A stretch of DNA of 64,000 bases from an uncultured Chloroflexia bacterium (GCA_963819655.1 CAWFXA010000001.1:416001-480000); one strand, 5' to 3'. Shown: positions 1 to 11,343, numbered from the stretch's first letter. Numbers and translations are program-made. Notes: generated by a model from the letters alone, not told the origin.

Positions 1-111
1 CCCCAAAGAGGTGGACTCAGTCCTGTCCGCGGACCCGGTGGCGCCCTCTATGCACCGCCGCGGATGTTATCACCGGGTGCGCGGGCCCCCAGGGCGCACA
101 TGGAACGAGAC

Positions 112-465
112 CTAGCGCACCTGCCTCTGGATGGCCGGGGTCGCGACGGTCAGCCATGCATCGCCGACCAGGCCCGTGAGCTCGTCCCAGTCGACCTCGA
201 CATCGAGGTACACGCCGAGCCACCCCCGGTGGCCGACATACGGGGGCCGAAAGAACCGCTCGGGAGCGGCCGCGACCAGCGTCTCTTGCGCGCCGGGCGG
301 CGCGGCGAGCCAGGCTGCCCGGCGGTCGTCGTGATGGCGATCGGCCGAGGTCACGAACTGCCGCTTCCCGACGAACCAGCTGGCCTCGCCGTGGCTCAGC
401 CGCTCGGTCGTCTCCGGAAGGGCGAGGCAGATCGCCCGGAGTCGGGCGTAGGGATCGGTCGTCAG
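112..465 (-). CDS. MmcQ/YjbR-family protein
   Basis: The ORF 112..354 extends in frame upstream to a CTG at 465 (LTTDPYARLRAICLALPETTERLSHGEASWFVG). Typical motif RFFRPPYVGHRGWLGVYLD..DWDEL. Confidence 0.8.
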   Translation of the reverse strand: MTTDPYARLRAICLALPETTERLSHGEASWFVGKRQFVTSADRHHDDRRAAWLAAPPGAQETLVAAAPERFFRPPYVGHRGWLGVYLDVEVDWDELTGLVGDAWLTVATPAIQRQVR

Positions 466-872
466 ATCGCGCGCATCCGGTTGTTCTTGGCGTCGTGCGT
501 CAGCTCGGCCTTGCCGAGCGCTTCGAGGAGCGGCGGCAGGTACATCCCGAACCGGCCTCGATAGCCCTTGCGCAGCCCGTACCAGCCGCCGACCGGGTTG
601 CCCGGGTCGCGTCCCCAGCCTTCGACCGTGCCGGGCTTGGCATCCTTTTGTTCGTCGGCCGCGCCGAGGTCCATCCAGTCACCGTGCTGCTTGAGCATCG
701 CGTGCAGGTCGTCGATGGCGCTCAGGTTGTACTTCAGCTGGGTCGAACCGACCTGGCACACGAGCGCCGGTGGATCGGCCGTCTCGTCGCGCCACATCTG
801 GTAGTCGGACGTGCCGGGCGGCGTCTTGAGCTGCCACGGATCCTCTTTGGTGCCACTCCCCGTCGCGGTCAT
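462..872 (-). CDS. conserved hypothetical protein (DUF6855-like)
   Basis: ATG at 872 with a GGAGGAG RBS, overlapping the upstream stop. Conserved-looking PWQLKTPPGTS and NPVGGWYGLRKGYRGRFGMYLPPLLE. The family name is from memory. Confidence 0.7.
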   Translation of the reverse strand: MTATGSGTKEDPWQLKTPPGTSDYQMWRDETADPPALVCQVGSTQLKYNLSAIDDLHAMLKQHGDWMDLGAADEQKDAKPGTVEGWGRDPGNPVGGWYGLRKGYRGRFGMYLPPLLEALGKAELTHDAKNNRMRAI

Positions 873-1333
873 GCGCTCTCCTCCTTCCGGTCGGCCGTCC
901 CGACGACCGCCTGATAATGCGGCAGCAGGGTCGTCCAGCCGCCCATGTTGCGATCGCGCCACGTCTGGCCGTCGGCGCCCAGCGCCTCCCAGCCACGGTG
1001 CTCGATATCGATCCTGGTCGAATCGGACGCGATCGATTCGAACCTGATCTCCACTTCTGTCGCCTCTGCGCGCTCACGTTTGAGGTGCCACAAGTAGACG
1101 AGTCGAGCCGGGGGTTCCCACGCGGTCACCTCGCCCCAGTCCCATTCGTCGCCATCGGGCGTCCGCTCGAAGATCCGGCCACCGACCCGACCTTCGAGCA
1201 CGATCTGGAGATCGGTCCGGCCGGTGTGCGTGTGGTCAGCCGGCCACCATCGACCGATCCCGTTCGTCCACGTATCGAAGGCGTGATCCTGCGGCGCCTC
1301 GACGTCGAACGACAGACGGAGTGGCTCGATCAT
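869..1333 (-). CDS. SRPBCC/AHSA1 domain protein
   Basis: AFDTWT..IGRWWP, GEVTAWEPPARLVYLW, TEVEIRF, GGWTTLL; directly downstream of ArsR. Confidence 0.9.
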   Translation of the reverse strand: MIEPLRLSFDVEAPQDHAFDTWTNGIGRWWPADHTHTGRTDLQIVLEGRVGGRIFERTPDGDEWDWGEVTAWEPPARLVYLWHLKRERAEATEVEIRFESIASDSTRIDIEHRGWEALGADGQTWRDRNMGGWTTLLPHYQAVVGTADRKEESA

Positions 1334-1677
1334 CGGGCTCTGCTCCGAGGCTTCGGCGCCGTGTTCTCGGCAACGATCCGATATCGACTCGCGGCCTCGC
1401 CCCAGACGGTCTCGAGATAGCGCCGGACGGCGTCCGGCCCGAGCTCGTCGAGGGCATAAAGCCGTCGCGTGCCGACCGCACGCTCCTTGACGAGCCCGGC
1501 TTCCCGCAGCAGGCGCAGGTGGCGCGAGACAGCCGGGCGACTGATCGGCATCGACGAGGCGAGCTGCCCGACCGACCGCTCGCCGTCGCGCAGCAGCCCG
1601 AGGATCTCCCGCCGATGCGGGTCGCCGAGAGCCTCGAATGGATCGGCCGCCCTTTCCGGGTTTCTGCTCGGTAACAT
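1330..1677 (-). CDS. ArsR/SmtB-family transcriptional regulator
   Basis: FEALGDPHRREIL...SRPAVSRHLRLLREAGLV..R..GTRRLY winged HTH. Confidence 0.93.
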   Translation of the reverse strand: MLPSRNPERAADPFEALGDPHRREILGLLRDGERSVGQLASSMPISRPAVSRHLRLLREAGLVKERAVGTRRLYALDELGPDAVRRYLETVWGEAASRYRIVAENTAPKPRSRAR

Positions 1678-1703
1678 CGGAGTTACGGTAACACGATGGT
1701 TAC
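1671..1703. promoter_or_regulatory. tandem palindromic operator (2x GTAAC-N6-GTTAC), probable ArsR autoregulatory site
   Basis: GTAACatcggaGTTAC (1671-1686) and GTAACacgatgGTTAC (1688-1703); the first overlaps the ArsR start codon. Confidence 0.7.
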
Positions 1704-1731
1704 AGGGCGAGTCGGGAGCGTCTCGACCAGA

Positions 1732-2118
1732 TCAGGGCTTCAGCTGGACGATCGCGAGAGCGTTCTTGCCTGGGTCGATGATCCACGACATCCAGGCGAA
1801 ACCAACGTCGGCGATGCCGTCCTCGGTCTTCAGATCCGGCAAGTCGTAGTCCTCGATGCGCACGCCGCGTGCGCGAAGCTCATCGATCTCGACTTGGAGA
1901 TCGTCGACCTCCCAGCCGATCTGCGTCTGACTGTCGGACGTCCCGACCGTGCTTTTCGACACCGCCAGCTTCGTCCCCCCGCCGCACCTGAATTCGATCT
2001 TGTGGTCGCTCTCGGTGACAACGTCCAACCCGAGCTTGCCGTGATAGAAGTCGCGAGCCTGATCGAGATCCTTGGCGAGCAGGATCGGATGGACGCTTGC
2101 GTTTCCCAGCATCATCAT
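1732..2118 (-). CDS. VOC/glyoxalase-family protein
   Basis: DLDQARDFYHGKLGL...WEVDDL...LRARGV...WIIDPGKN. Confidence 0.9.
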   Translation of the reverse strand: MMMLGNASVHPILLAKDLDQARDFYHGKLGLDVVTESDHKIEFRCGGGTKLAVSKSTVGTSDSQTQIGWEVDDLQVEIDELRARGVRIEDYDLPDLKTEDGIADVGFAWMSWIIDPGKNALAIVQLKP

Positions 2119-2207
2119 TCCCCCAAGTGAGGCCGAGCCCGGCCGAGGTGGGTTCCGGGCTCCTCACGGTGAACACACCGTACGCTGGAAACGTTTCAGG
2201 GGACGCC

Positions 2208-2870
2208 ATGGATCGGAACGATCCCGCGTACCGCGGTCAGGCCGACTACTCGCGGCTGTTGCTCAATCTGTACGACCCGGTGGTGATCGGGTTCTTGTCC
2301 TGGTTCATCTGGCACTGCCCGGCAGAGCCGATCCTCGACGGTTATCGGGACCACATCCGGGATCGCCACCTCGATGTGGGCCCGGGCACCGGCTACTGCA
2401 TCGACAAGTCCGGCCTTGCCGATGGCAGTCGCGTCACGATCGTCGATCCGAACAGGAATGTCCTCGACCACGCCGCGCATCGCCTTCGACGGCTGGACGT
2501 CACGGCCGTCGAGGCCGATGTCCTGAAGCCGCTGCCCGTCGATGGGCCGTTCGACTCCGCCGCACTCAACATGGTGATCCACTGCCTGCCCGGGCCGCTG
2601 TCTCGGAAGGCCGAGGCCGTCAAGAACGTGGCCGCGGTCCTGGCGCCGACAGGCGTGCTGTTCGGCGCATCAGTGCTCGGGACTTCGGGGGCGCACACCT
2701 GGCTTGCGCGCCGTGTCCTCAGTGCCTTCAATCGGCGCGGCGCCTTCGGCAACCTCGACGATACGGAGGCGGGGCTGCGCGAGATCCTTGCCGAATCTTT
2801 CGATCACGTGGAGCTCGAGACGTTCGGCTCGGTCGCGGTCTTCTCGGCGGCGAACCCGCGCCGAGCCTGA
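2208..2870 (+). CDS. class I SAM-dependent methyltransferase
   Basis: HLDVGPGTG motif I; ATG at 2208 preceded by AGGGGA. Confidence 0.85.
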   Translation: MDRNDPAYRGQADYSRLLLNLYDPVVIGFLSWFIWHCPAEPILDGYRDHIRDRHLDVGPGTGYCIDKSGLADGSRVTIVDPNRNVLDHAAHRLRRLDVTAVEADVLKPLPVDGPFDSAALNMVIHCLPGPLSRKAEAVKNVAAVLAPTGVLFGASVLGTSGAHTWLARRVLSAFNRRGAFGNLDDTEAGLREILAESFDHVELETFGSVAVFSAANPRRA

Positions 2871-2920
2871 CGGCGCGGCGAGACCGCGCTGGCGAGGCCA
2901 CGCCGAGCGACGTCACCAAG

Positions 2921-4162
2921 CTACGTCCATGGTGAAGGCAGGTGCGTCAGCGGCTCCCGGTCCGGAAGCACGTCCACCTGCAGCGCCGGGTCGGCCGCCG
3001 GCACGTAGCGCTCCTCGAGACCGAGCTCCTTGAGGACGATGTTGCGCGCCTGCGCGATGGCCGTCGTCTTGTAGAACGCGATGGTCCGGCTGAACCCCTG
3101 CCGGCCGAACCCGCAATCGCTGGACAGGATCAGTTGGTCCGCGGGGATCACCTCCAGTGCGCGGCGCACCCGCGCGGCGACAACCGCCGGCATGTCCGCC
3201 TGGAGCGTGCGGTGGTTGACCATGCCGACGGCGACCTTCTTCTTGAGGCGGCCTGCGTATGGCTTGAACAGGTCGATCTCGGCCAGCTCGTTCTCGGTCG
3301 CCTCGACGGTCCAGACATCGCCCTTGAGCCGCTCGAGGTAGATCTCGATCGAGTTCGCGTACGACTCGCCCGTGTAGACCTTCTGCATGTTCGGGTTGCC
3401 CCAGCACGTGTGGATCCACAGCTCGACGTCGTCGAGGCCGTCGACCTCGTGGTTGAACGCGTCGACGAGAAAGTCGAGCAGCTCCGTCTCGTCCGGGTAG
3501 AAGTTCGCGACGAAATGGATGGTCGGCTCTTCGATCTGGATCACCTTGGCGCCGGCCGCTGCGAGCTGGCGCAGCTCGACGTTCATGGCGGTCGACATGT
3601 CCCAGATCAGCTGCTTCTTGTCCTCGAGGTCGTACTCGGCCGTATGGCTGTCGAGGAAGATCGAGAGCACTTGCGACGAGCACGTCCCGAACTTGACGGG
3701 CTTGCCCGCGCGCGCCTGGGCGATCCGCCAGAGCTTGGCGTACTCGAGCGGATTGCGGCGGTCGTGCTCGACCTTGCCGACCACGCGCGGCCACCGCCAC
3801 GTCGTCTCGATCTCGTTCATCAGCGTGCCGGGCGGGAACTCGAGCAGCCGGTCACGGGAGCGCTCGTATTGCAGCTCCTCGTGCTCGAGCCCGGTCCAGC
3901 GTTGGAGCGGGTAGTGATGCCACGAGCGGCCGGCGAAATCCTCGTCGAGGTGATAGTCGCCGTTGGTCACGATGTCGAGCCCGGCGCGCTCCTGGTCGGC
4001 GATCACCGTCGAGTGCGCATCGAGGAACTGTTCGCGGAACTTGACGTCGAGCAGCGCCGTGTCGAGCGGCCGGCCCCACAGGCCGCCGTCGTACCAGCGC
4101 GGCCGCGGCCACGAGCCGGTGACGGTGGCAGGGAGCATCAGGTCCTTGGTGGCCGTGAGCAT
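2921..4162 (-). CDS. cobalamin-independent methionine synthase II family (core, single-barrel) protein
   Basis: TVTGSWPRP, QERAGLDIVTNGD, IQIEEP; Zn ligands WIHTCWGN and SDCGFG. Confidence 0.88.
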   Translation of the reverse strand: MLTATKDLMLPATVTGSWPRPRWYDGGLWGRPLDTALLDVKFREQFLDAHSTVIADQERAGLDIVTNGDYHLDEDFAGRSWHHYPLQRWTGLEHEELQYERSRDRLLEFPPGTLMNEIETTWRWPRVVGKVEHDRRNPLEYAKLWRIAQARAGKPVKFGTCSSQVLSIFLDSHTAEYDLEDKKQLIWDMSTAMNVELRQLAAAGAKVIQIEEPTIHFVANFYPDETELLDFLVDAFNHEVDGLDDVELWIHTCWGNPNMQKVYTGESYANSIEIYLERLKGDVWTVEATENELAEIDLFKPYAGRLKKKVAVGMVNHRTLQADMPAVVAARVRRALEVIPADQLILSSDCGFGRQGFSRTIAFYKTTAIAQARNIVLKELGLEERYVPAADPALQVDVLPDREPLTHLPSPWT

Positions 4163-4267
4163 CGGGCGTGCGCCTCCTCGTCGAATCCGGTGGTGGGTCG
4201 ATCCTAGATCGTCGCCACACCTTCAGAGGCGCGTCTCCCGAAAGCCAGGCGTCAGGACCCGACCGTG

Positions 4268-4681
4268 CTAGCTCTTGGGCTCGAGCTCCAGGGCCGCTGA
4301 GTTGATGCAGTAACGGAGGCCGGTGGGATCGGGTCCGTCATCGAAGACGTGCCCAAGGTGGCCACCGCATGCCGCGCACATGGCCTCGGTTCGGGTCATC
4401 AGGAAGGAGCGGTCGGTCTCAGTCGCGACGGCGGCCGGATCGACGGGCGTGAAGAAGCTGGGCCAGCCTGTGCCTGACTCGAACTTCGCGTCGGACTGGA
4501 AGAGCTCGGCGCCGCAACCTGCGCACCGGTACACGCCGGCTCGATGCTCATCCCAGAGGTGCCCACTGAAGGCTCGTTCCGTTCCCTTCTGGCGGAGGAC
4601 GCGGTATTGCTCGGGGGTCAGTTCTGCGCGCCACTCGGCATCCGATTTGGTGTTTGTAGGCGGGTTCTTGATGTCACTCAT
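4268..4681 (-). CDS. msrB: peptide-methionine (R)-S-oxide reductase
   Basis: [18 protein letters not shown], Cxx[28 protein letters not shown]. Confidence 0.97.
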   Translation of the reverse strand: MSDIKNPPTNTKSDAEWRAELTPEQYRVLRQKGTERAFSGHLWDEHRAGVYRCAGCGAELFQSDAKFESGTGWPSFFTPVDPAAVATETDRSFLMTRTEAMCAACGGHLGHVFDDGPDPTGLRYCINSAALELEPKS

Positions 4682-4740
4682 GGACAACAGGGTAGGACTC
4701 GAATGTGGCGACTCGATGACGACCAGCCGGGGATCGTTGA

Positions 4741-5262
4741 TCACGATCCCGAGCCTGGGCGTTCGGTCCAGTAGAGGCACATCTCCTTATCGTTTTTGGC
4801 CCAGGTGAACACGCGCATCGCGGAGTGGACCTTCGCGGCAACGGCGCGAGACGGCGCGTTCTCGGGGGACACGAGCGAGCAGGCGACGTCGAAACGCGTG
4901 TTGGCAAAGACCCAGGCGACGCAAGCACGGGCCGCCTCGGTGGCGTATCCGTGGCCCTGCTCGGAGGGGACGATGTGGTAACCGACCTCCGGGATCAACT
5001 CATCCTCGACGAGCTGGAGCATGGGTCCGCAGTCGCCGAGGAACCGCCCATCGGAGCGCCGGATGACGGCCCACAACCCGAACCCGTTCCCCCGGTAGCT
5101 CCGGCGAGCCCACTCGATCCAGGCGGCGACGCCATCGCGGTCGAACGGACCCGGGTAGAACCGCATCGCGACGGGATCACCCAGGACCTCTAGGAGGGCG
5201 TCGAGGTCATCGACTTCGAGCTCCCTGAGAAGAAGGCGTTCGGTCGCCACCACGTCCTGCAT
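4741..5262 (-). CDS. GNAT acetyltransferase (RimJ/RimL type)
   Basis: [34 protein letters not shown]. Confidence 0.9.
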   Translation of the reverse strand: MQDVVATERLLLRELEVDDLDALLEVLGDPVAMRFYPGPFDRDGVAAWIEWARRSYRGNGFGLWAVIRRSDGRFLGDCGPMLQLVEDELIPEVGYHIVPSEQGHGYATEAARACVAWVFANTRFDVACSLVSPENAPSRAVAAKVHSAMRVFTWAKNDKEMCLYWTERPGSGS

Positions 5263-5544
5263 CGGCGCAGGATATGGACCACCCGCCTCCGCGTCACGCC
5301 TTCAGCGACGACATCGAGGACTGGCTCAGTGTCCGGGAATGCCGACCGGTCGATCCCAGATCGTCGGGGCCGGTGCGGGAGGTCGCGTGCGCGAGTCGAT
5401 TTCGGGCGTATCGTTGGCTCAGACGAACCGACAGGAACGGATCTGTCATCCGGTGGTCAGTCTGCGGGCGCACGGGTGAGACGGTCGTTGCGATGGCAAT
5501 GGCGTAGCCCGACGTCATTCCGGAGATCTCGTGCGAGACGTGTC

Positions 5545-6033
5545 GTGATCTGGTCGAAGGCGATCCAGACGGTCGTCGGCTTCCTCGTCGGCGTTTTCGT
5601 GGCCGCCAGTGTTGGTCTGATGGCCAGCCCGCCCGATCTCACCCCCGCCCCACCCGTTCCACCTGTCACCGTGGCGATGGCGGTCGAGCTCGTCCCGCCG
5701 AGCACCGGATCCGTACCTGTGGCAACACCTGTTCCGAGGGGCACGCCTGCGCCGTCGCCGACGGCAGATCCGACACCTCGTGCCGACACGAAGAGAGCAG
5801 CGGAAACGCAGCAAGGTCCTAGCCCGAAGCCGAAGCCGAAGCCGAAGCCGTCACCTCGTCCGTCTCCGACCGAGACGCCTGCGCCGCCCACGGATCGAGT
5901 GCCCAGCCCGACGCCCGACCCGACGTCGGTGATCGCACCGACTCCTACCCCCTCGCCTCCTACCCCCTCGCCGAAACCCGGTAGAACGCCGAAGCCGTCG
6001 AAACACGAAAAGCCACCGAGACCGCCGCATTAG
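5545..6033 (+). CDS. membrane-anchored Pro-rich hypothetical protein
   Basis: Hydrophobic N-terminus (VVGFLVGVFVAASVGLM), then P/T/K low complexity; start uncertain. Confidence 0.55.
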   Translation: MIWSKAIQTVVGFLVGVFVAASVGLMASPPDLTPAPPVPPVTVAMAVELVPPSTGSVPVATPVPRGTPAPSPTADPTPRADTKRAAETQQGPSPKPKPKPKPSPRPSPTETPAPPTDRVPSPTPDPTSVIAPTPTPSPPTPSPKPGRTPKPSKHEKPPRPPH

Positions 6034-6096
6034 GTCTTCCTGGCACAGCGTTCGTGAATGTCGGGGTACGCGACGATCGGGTGGTTCTGTGTCCTG

Positions 6097-7623
6097 TCAC
6101 CCGGCGGAGTTGATCTCCCGTTTGCGTCGCGCGACGAACGCATCGAGCGCCTCGGCGATCGACGGATCCAGCGGCGGTGGCACCGCCTCGGCGAGCAGCC
6201 GCTTCCACAGGGTGTTCGCCCGCTCTGTGGCCGTCTTTGAGCCGTCCGCCTGCCACGTCTCGAAGTTTCGCCAGTCTGATACGAGCGGCGTGTAGAACGC
6301 CGTCTCGTACCGCTCCAGCGTGTGCGCGGTCCCGAAGAAATGGCCGCCCGGGCCGGCTTCGGCGATCGCGTCGAAGCCCAGCGAGCCCTCGTCGACGACC
6401 AGCGGCTGCAGCACCTCCGAGATCATCTGGAGGATCTCCGCGTCGATGATCAGCTTCTCGTACGACGCGGTCAGCCCGCCCTCCAGCCAGCCCGCGCCCT
6501 GGTACAGCAGGTTTACGCCGCCCATCACCGCGCCCCACACGGCCATCTCGGCCTCGTAGGCCGCCTGCGCGTCCACGACTGGTGACGCGGTCGCGTTCGA
6601 CGACCGCCACGGCAACCCGTACCGCCGCGCCATCTGCCCGGACGCGAACTGCGCCTTCACCGACTCGGGCGTCCCGAAGGCCGGCGACCCCGTCCGCATG
6701 TCGACGTTCGAGGTGAACGCGCCGTAGATCATCGGTGCGCCCGGTCGGACGATCTGGGCGAGCGCGACCATGAACAGCGCCTCGGCGTTCTGCTGAGCGA
6801 TCGCGCCCGCCAGCGAGATCGGGCTCATCGCTCCGGCCAGCGTGAACGGCGTCGCCACGACCGGCTGGCCGTGGAGCGCCATCTCGATCAGCCCGTCGCT
6901 CATCGGCCCGTCGAGGCGAAGCGGGGAATTGGTGTTGATGATCGTGATCAGCGCCGGATCGCGCGCCAGATCGTCACGCGACACGCCCCGCAGAAGACAC
7001 GCGACTTCCAGGGCGTCGTCGACGACGACGCGTCCGGTCCCCAGGCAATGCCACGTCTTGTCCAGCTCGGTCGCGAAGATCTGGTACTGGTCGAGGTGCC
7101 GCGTCTCGATCGGCAGGTCGGTCGGCTCGAGCGGTCCACCGCCTTCCTGGTGGATGACATCGAGCGCGCCGATCAGTCGGACGTAATCGCGGAAGTCGGC
7201 GATATTCCCCGGCCGCCGGCCGCGATCCAGGTCGCTCACGAACGCCGGCCCGCCGACCGCGCAGAACACCAGGTTGGTCCCGCCGAACACCACGTCCCGC
7301 TCCGCGTTCCGGGCGTGCAACCGGAACTCTCTGGGGGCAAGCGCGACGAGCTCCTCGACCTGCCCCGGCTCCAGCCGCACGTTCCGCGAGCCGCGGTCCA
7401 CAGAAGCGCCCGCCCCCGCGAGCGCATCCAGCGCCCGATCCCCCAGCACCTGCATCCCGATCTCGGACAGGATCCGGAGCGACGCCCGGTGGATCGTCTC
7501 GACCCCCTCCTCGGTCAGGATCTCGACCGGTCGATACGGGTTGACGAGACGGCGCCACGGGATCTGCCGGATGACGCCCGACTCGCGCCGTCGGCGGCGG
7601 TGCACCGCCTCGTGTTCGCTCAC
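6097..7623 (-). CDS. trimethylamine methyltransferase superfamily (MttB-like, non-pyrrolysine)
   Basis: INTNSPLRLD, TPFTLAGAMSP, NAEAL, SNVDMRTGSPAFGTPE, DAQAAYE, AGWLEGGL, GPGGHFFG. No in-frame TAG. GTG at 7623 follows a TAGCAT -10 box. Confidence 0.93.
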   Translation of the reverse strand: MSEHEAVHRRRRRESGVIRQIPWRRLVNPYRPVEILTEEGVETIHRASLRILSEIGMQVLGDRALDALAGAGASVDRGSRNVRLEPGQVEELVALAPREFRLHARNAERDVVFGGTNLVFCAVGGPAFVSDLDRGRRPGNIADFRDYVRLIGALDVIHQEGGGPLEPTDLPIETRHLDQYQIFATELDKTWHCLGTGRVVVDDALEVACLLRGVSRDDLARDPALITIINTNSPLRLDGPMSDGLIEMALHGQPVVATPFTLAGAMSPISLAGAIAQQNAEALFMVALAQIVRPGAPMIYGAFTSNVDMRTGSPAFGTPESVKAQFASGQMARRYGLPWRSSNATASPVVDAQAAYEAEMAVWGAVMGGVNLLYQGAGWLEGGLTASYEKLIIDAEILQMISEVLQPLVVDEGSLGFDAIAEAGPGGHFFGTAHTLERYETAFYTPLVSDWRNFETWQADGSKTATERANTLWKRLLAEAVPPPLDPSIAEALDAFVARRKREINSAG

Positions 7624-7739
7624 GCACCAGATGCTACGGCCGGCCATCCCGATTCTCAGACCGGTCTCAGCCGGCGCCTCTTCGATACGGGCGACCACGG
7701 CGGATCGACCGCCGAGTGTTCGGAGGGTAGGCGCAACAC

Positions 7740-8924
7740 ATGCGACTCAAGATCCTCGCGCTGGCGGTTCTCGTCACCGTGGGCGTCGCAGCCCTCGGGG
7801 TGAGCGTCGGCGGCCTCGGTGCGGGTACCACGACCGCGACCGAATACCTGACGTCCGACGCGGCACTCGGCGATGTGACCGACGAGGTGGCCGCCACCGG
7901 GAGCCTCGCCTCCGCGACGTCGTACGGGCTCGCGTTCGGCTCGGACCCGTGGCAGGTCGTCGATGGCGAGGACGCGCCCGCGTCCGAAACGGCCTGGCCG
8001 GTCATCGATGTCTCGGTCAAGCCGGGCGATACGGTCACGGCCGGTCAGGCACTCGCCACGGCCGACACCACCGAGATCAAGCGCGCCCACGACCGTGCGA
8101 CGAACGACCTCCGGACCGCGAACATGCAACGGACGCTCGCGAACGAGCAGCTGGCGGACGCCCGCGATGCGGATGACCGGAACGCGGAACGCCAGGCGCT
8201 GCTCCAGGTGTATGCGACGCGGAACCAGGTCTCCAAGGCCACCGAGGATCGGCAGGCCTTGCAGGCGCAGCTGAACGCCGCGACCCTCAAGGCGCCGATC
8301 GACGGCATCGTGACCGAAGTCAACATCGCACCCGGGTTCGATGCGCCGGCCGGCGCGGCCATCGTGGTCGCATCGCGAACGCTGACCGTCACGACCGACG
8401 TCGTCGAGAGCGACCTCGTCGATGTCGAGGTCGGCCAGGCCGCAACGGTCACGATCGATGCGATCGGCGCCACGCTGGACGGCATTGTCACCGCCATCTC
8501 ACCCACAGCCGGCGATGGGTCCTCGGGTGTCGTGTCCTATCCCGTCACGGTCACGATCGCGGAAACACCCGCCGACGCGCGGCCCGGGATGAGCGCGGAC
8601 ATCGCGATCACGATCGCCTCGGCGACGAACGTCGTGACCGTCCCCAGCGCCGCTCTCGAGGGCACGACCGGGGACTACGCCGTCATGACGCTCGACGCGG
8701 GGGGCAACCCGCAGCGGGTGCCCGTCGAGGTCGGCCTCCTCACGAACTCGACCGCCGAGATCAAGAGCGGTCTCGAGGCCGGCACGCCCGTGGTCATCGG
8801 CACGACCGCCGACCTCGTCGGCACGAACGACAACGGCGGGTTCGGCGGTGGCGGCGCGCTACCCGGTGGCGTGGTCCGTCGCATCGACGACGGCGGACCC
8901 CCGATCGAAAAGCCGATCAACTAG
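7740..8924 (+). CDS. efflux periplasmic-adaptor-like (MacA/HlyD) subunit
   Basis: N-terminal anchor, [13 protein letters not shown], coiled coil, [16 protein letters not shown]. Confidence 0.88.
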   Translation: MRLKILALAVLVTVGVAALGVSVGGLGAGTTTATEYLTSDAALGDVTDEVAATGSLASATSYGLAFGSDPWQVVDGEDAPASETAWPVIDVSVKPGDTVTAGQALATADTTEIKRAHDRATNDLRTANMQRTLANEQLADARDADDRNAERQALLQVYATRNQVSKATEDRQALQAQLNAATLKAPIDGIVTEVNIAPGFDAPAGAAIVVASRTLTVTTDVVESDLVDVEVGQAATVTIDAIGATLDGIVTAISPTAGDGSSGVVSYPVTVTIAETPADARPGMSADIAITIASATNVVTVPSAALEGTTGDYAVMTLDAGGNPQRVPVEVGLLTNSTAEIKSGLEAGTPVVIGTTADLVGTNDNGGFGGGGALPGGVVRRIDDGGPPIEKPIN

Positions 8925-8934
8925 GGATCCGACG

Positions 8935-9605
<671 letters not shown>

Positions 9606-9609
<4 letters not shown>

Positions 9610-10797
9610 GCCTCTTCGAGCTTCTGCGCCTCGCCCTGTCGCGACTCCGCGACCAACCGGCTGCGGGCAGCGCTCACGATGCTCGGCGTCATCATCGGCG
9701 TCGGCTCGGTCGTCGCCCTGGTCGGCGTGGGCCAGGGCACGACGTCCAACATCACGACGGCGCTGGCCAGCCTCGGCACGAACCTGCTCACGATCAGCCC
9801 GACGGAACAGGCTTCCGACGGCTCGACGAGCCTGACGATCGAGGATGCTGCGGCGATCGCCGACGAGCCCGGCGTTGCGGGCGTCGCCCCGGAGGTCTCG
9901 ACCGGCCAGGACGTGACGGCCGGTGAGGAGTCCACGAACACGACGATCATCGGCACGACTGCCGACTACGTGAGGGTGCGGGCGCACACGATCTGGCAAG
10001 GCACGGGGCTGACCGACGTCAGCGTCGAGCGCGAGCTGCGCGTCGCGGTGCTTGGCAAGTCGACCGCCGACGATCTCGGCCTGGGCGCGGACGCGGTCGG
10101 TTCCGAGATCAGCATCGGCGGCATCGGGTTCACCGTCATCGGCATCCTCCAGCCGAAGGGCGGCAGCGGCTTCGAGGACCCGGACGACCTGATTCTCGTG
10201 CCGGTCGCGACCGTGCAGAAGTACTTCCTCGGCGGCGACAGCGTGCGCAGCATCGGCGTCAGCGTCGCGACCGCGGCGGAGATGGACGCGACCAACGCCC
10301 GGATCACCGCGCTCCTGCGTGAGCGCCACGACCTCGCCGCTACGGATGACGACGACTTCGCGATCTTCGATCAGACGCAGTTGCTGGAAGCCGCGTCGTC
10401 GATCAGCGGGACGCTGACGCTGCTGCTTGGCGGCATCGCGTCGATCTCGCTGGTCGTCGGCGGCATCGGGATCATGAACATCATGCTCGTGTCGGTCCGG
10501 GAACGGACCCGCGAGATCGGCATCCGCAAGGCGATCGGCGCGAGGGCGCTCGACATCCTCGCTCAGTTCCTCGTCGAGGCGCTGACCCTGTCGCTCCTCG
10601 GCGGCCTGCTCGGGGTCGCCCTCGGTCTGGTGGTCTCGGCGCTCATCGCCCAGGTCGCCGGGTGGTCGTTCGCCTTCAACCCCACGACGTTGATCGCCGC
10701 CGTGATGTCGAGCCTGCTCGTCGGGGTCGTGTTCGGCGTGTGGCCGGCGCGTCAGGCGGCCCGGCTCGACCCGATCACGGCCCTTCGCTACGAGTAA
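9606..10797 (+). CDS. ABC transporter permease (MacB/FtsX type), apparent +1 frameshift near 9648
   Basis: [14 protein letters not shown] (frame 9606) joins [17 protein letters not shown] (frame 9679) if one C is removed. [29 protein letters not shown]. Confidence 0.9.
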
Positions 10798-10809
10798 GGA
10801 GAGACCTCG

Positions 10810-11343
10810 ATGACGATGGAACCCGCTCCGGTCGGAACCGCTCCGGTCGAACCCGCCAACCCGGTTGCGATCCGGACCCGCCGATCGAACCGGTTGCTCG
10901 ACGTCGCACTGGCCCTCGCCGCCGTCCTCGCGATCGGCGCCGTGGCGTTCGCGGCCGGCCGGATGACCGCTCCGGCCAGCGCACTGCCGCCATTCGCACG
11001 CGGCGGGCTCGCCCCGGGTGGGGCGATCGTCGCGCCCGACGGCAGCTTCGACCCGAACGGGCCGAAGCCCGGTGGCCTGGCATCGAACGGCGGTCTCGCC
11101 ATCGACGGGACCGTCACGGCGGTCGACGCCGACAGCATCACGCTGAAGCTCGCCGACGGACAGGAGATGACGTTCAAGCTCGATGACGCGACCACGTACC
11201 ACGAAGCCGCGGACGCCTCGTCGTCGGACGTGGCCGTCGGTGACGACGTCTCGGTGAAGGTCACCGGTGGCCGCATCGTTTCGGGCGACGCTGGCGGCGA
11301 GACACCGGACATGTCGGCCCGCGATGTGACGGTCTCGCGATGA
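10810..11343 (+). CDS. membrane-anchored DUF5666-like protein
   Basis: TM helix then GTVTAVDADSITLK...VAVGDDVSV; AAGGAG RBS. Confidence 0.65.
   Translation: MTMEPAPVGTAPVEPANPVAIRTRRSNRLLDVALALAAVLAIGAVAFAAGRMTAPASALPPFARGGLAPGGAIVAPDGSFDPNGPKPGGLASNGGLAIDGTVTAVDADSITLKLADGQEMTFKLDDATTYHEAADASSSDVAVGDDVSVKVTGGRIVSGDAGGETPDMSARDVTVSR

Noticed and set aside
1-75. Possible structured leader (TAGAGG, lysine-riboswitch-like) after a TGnTAACAT promoter on the minus strand
   Set aside because: Truncated by the window edge, with too few consensus elements to call.
4165-4265. Glycine- or SAM-riboswitch-like words (GGGAGA...CTGAAGG) upstream of the methionine synthase-like gene
   Set aside because: The downstream CTCTCAGG and the pairing elements are missing; more likely promoter sequence (TAGGAT).
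6580-6620. Pyrrolysine recoding in MttB
   Set aside because: There is no in-frame TAG; the region reads GLPWRSSNATAS.
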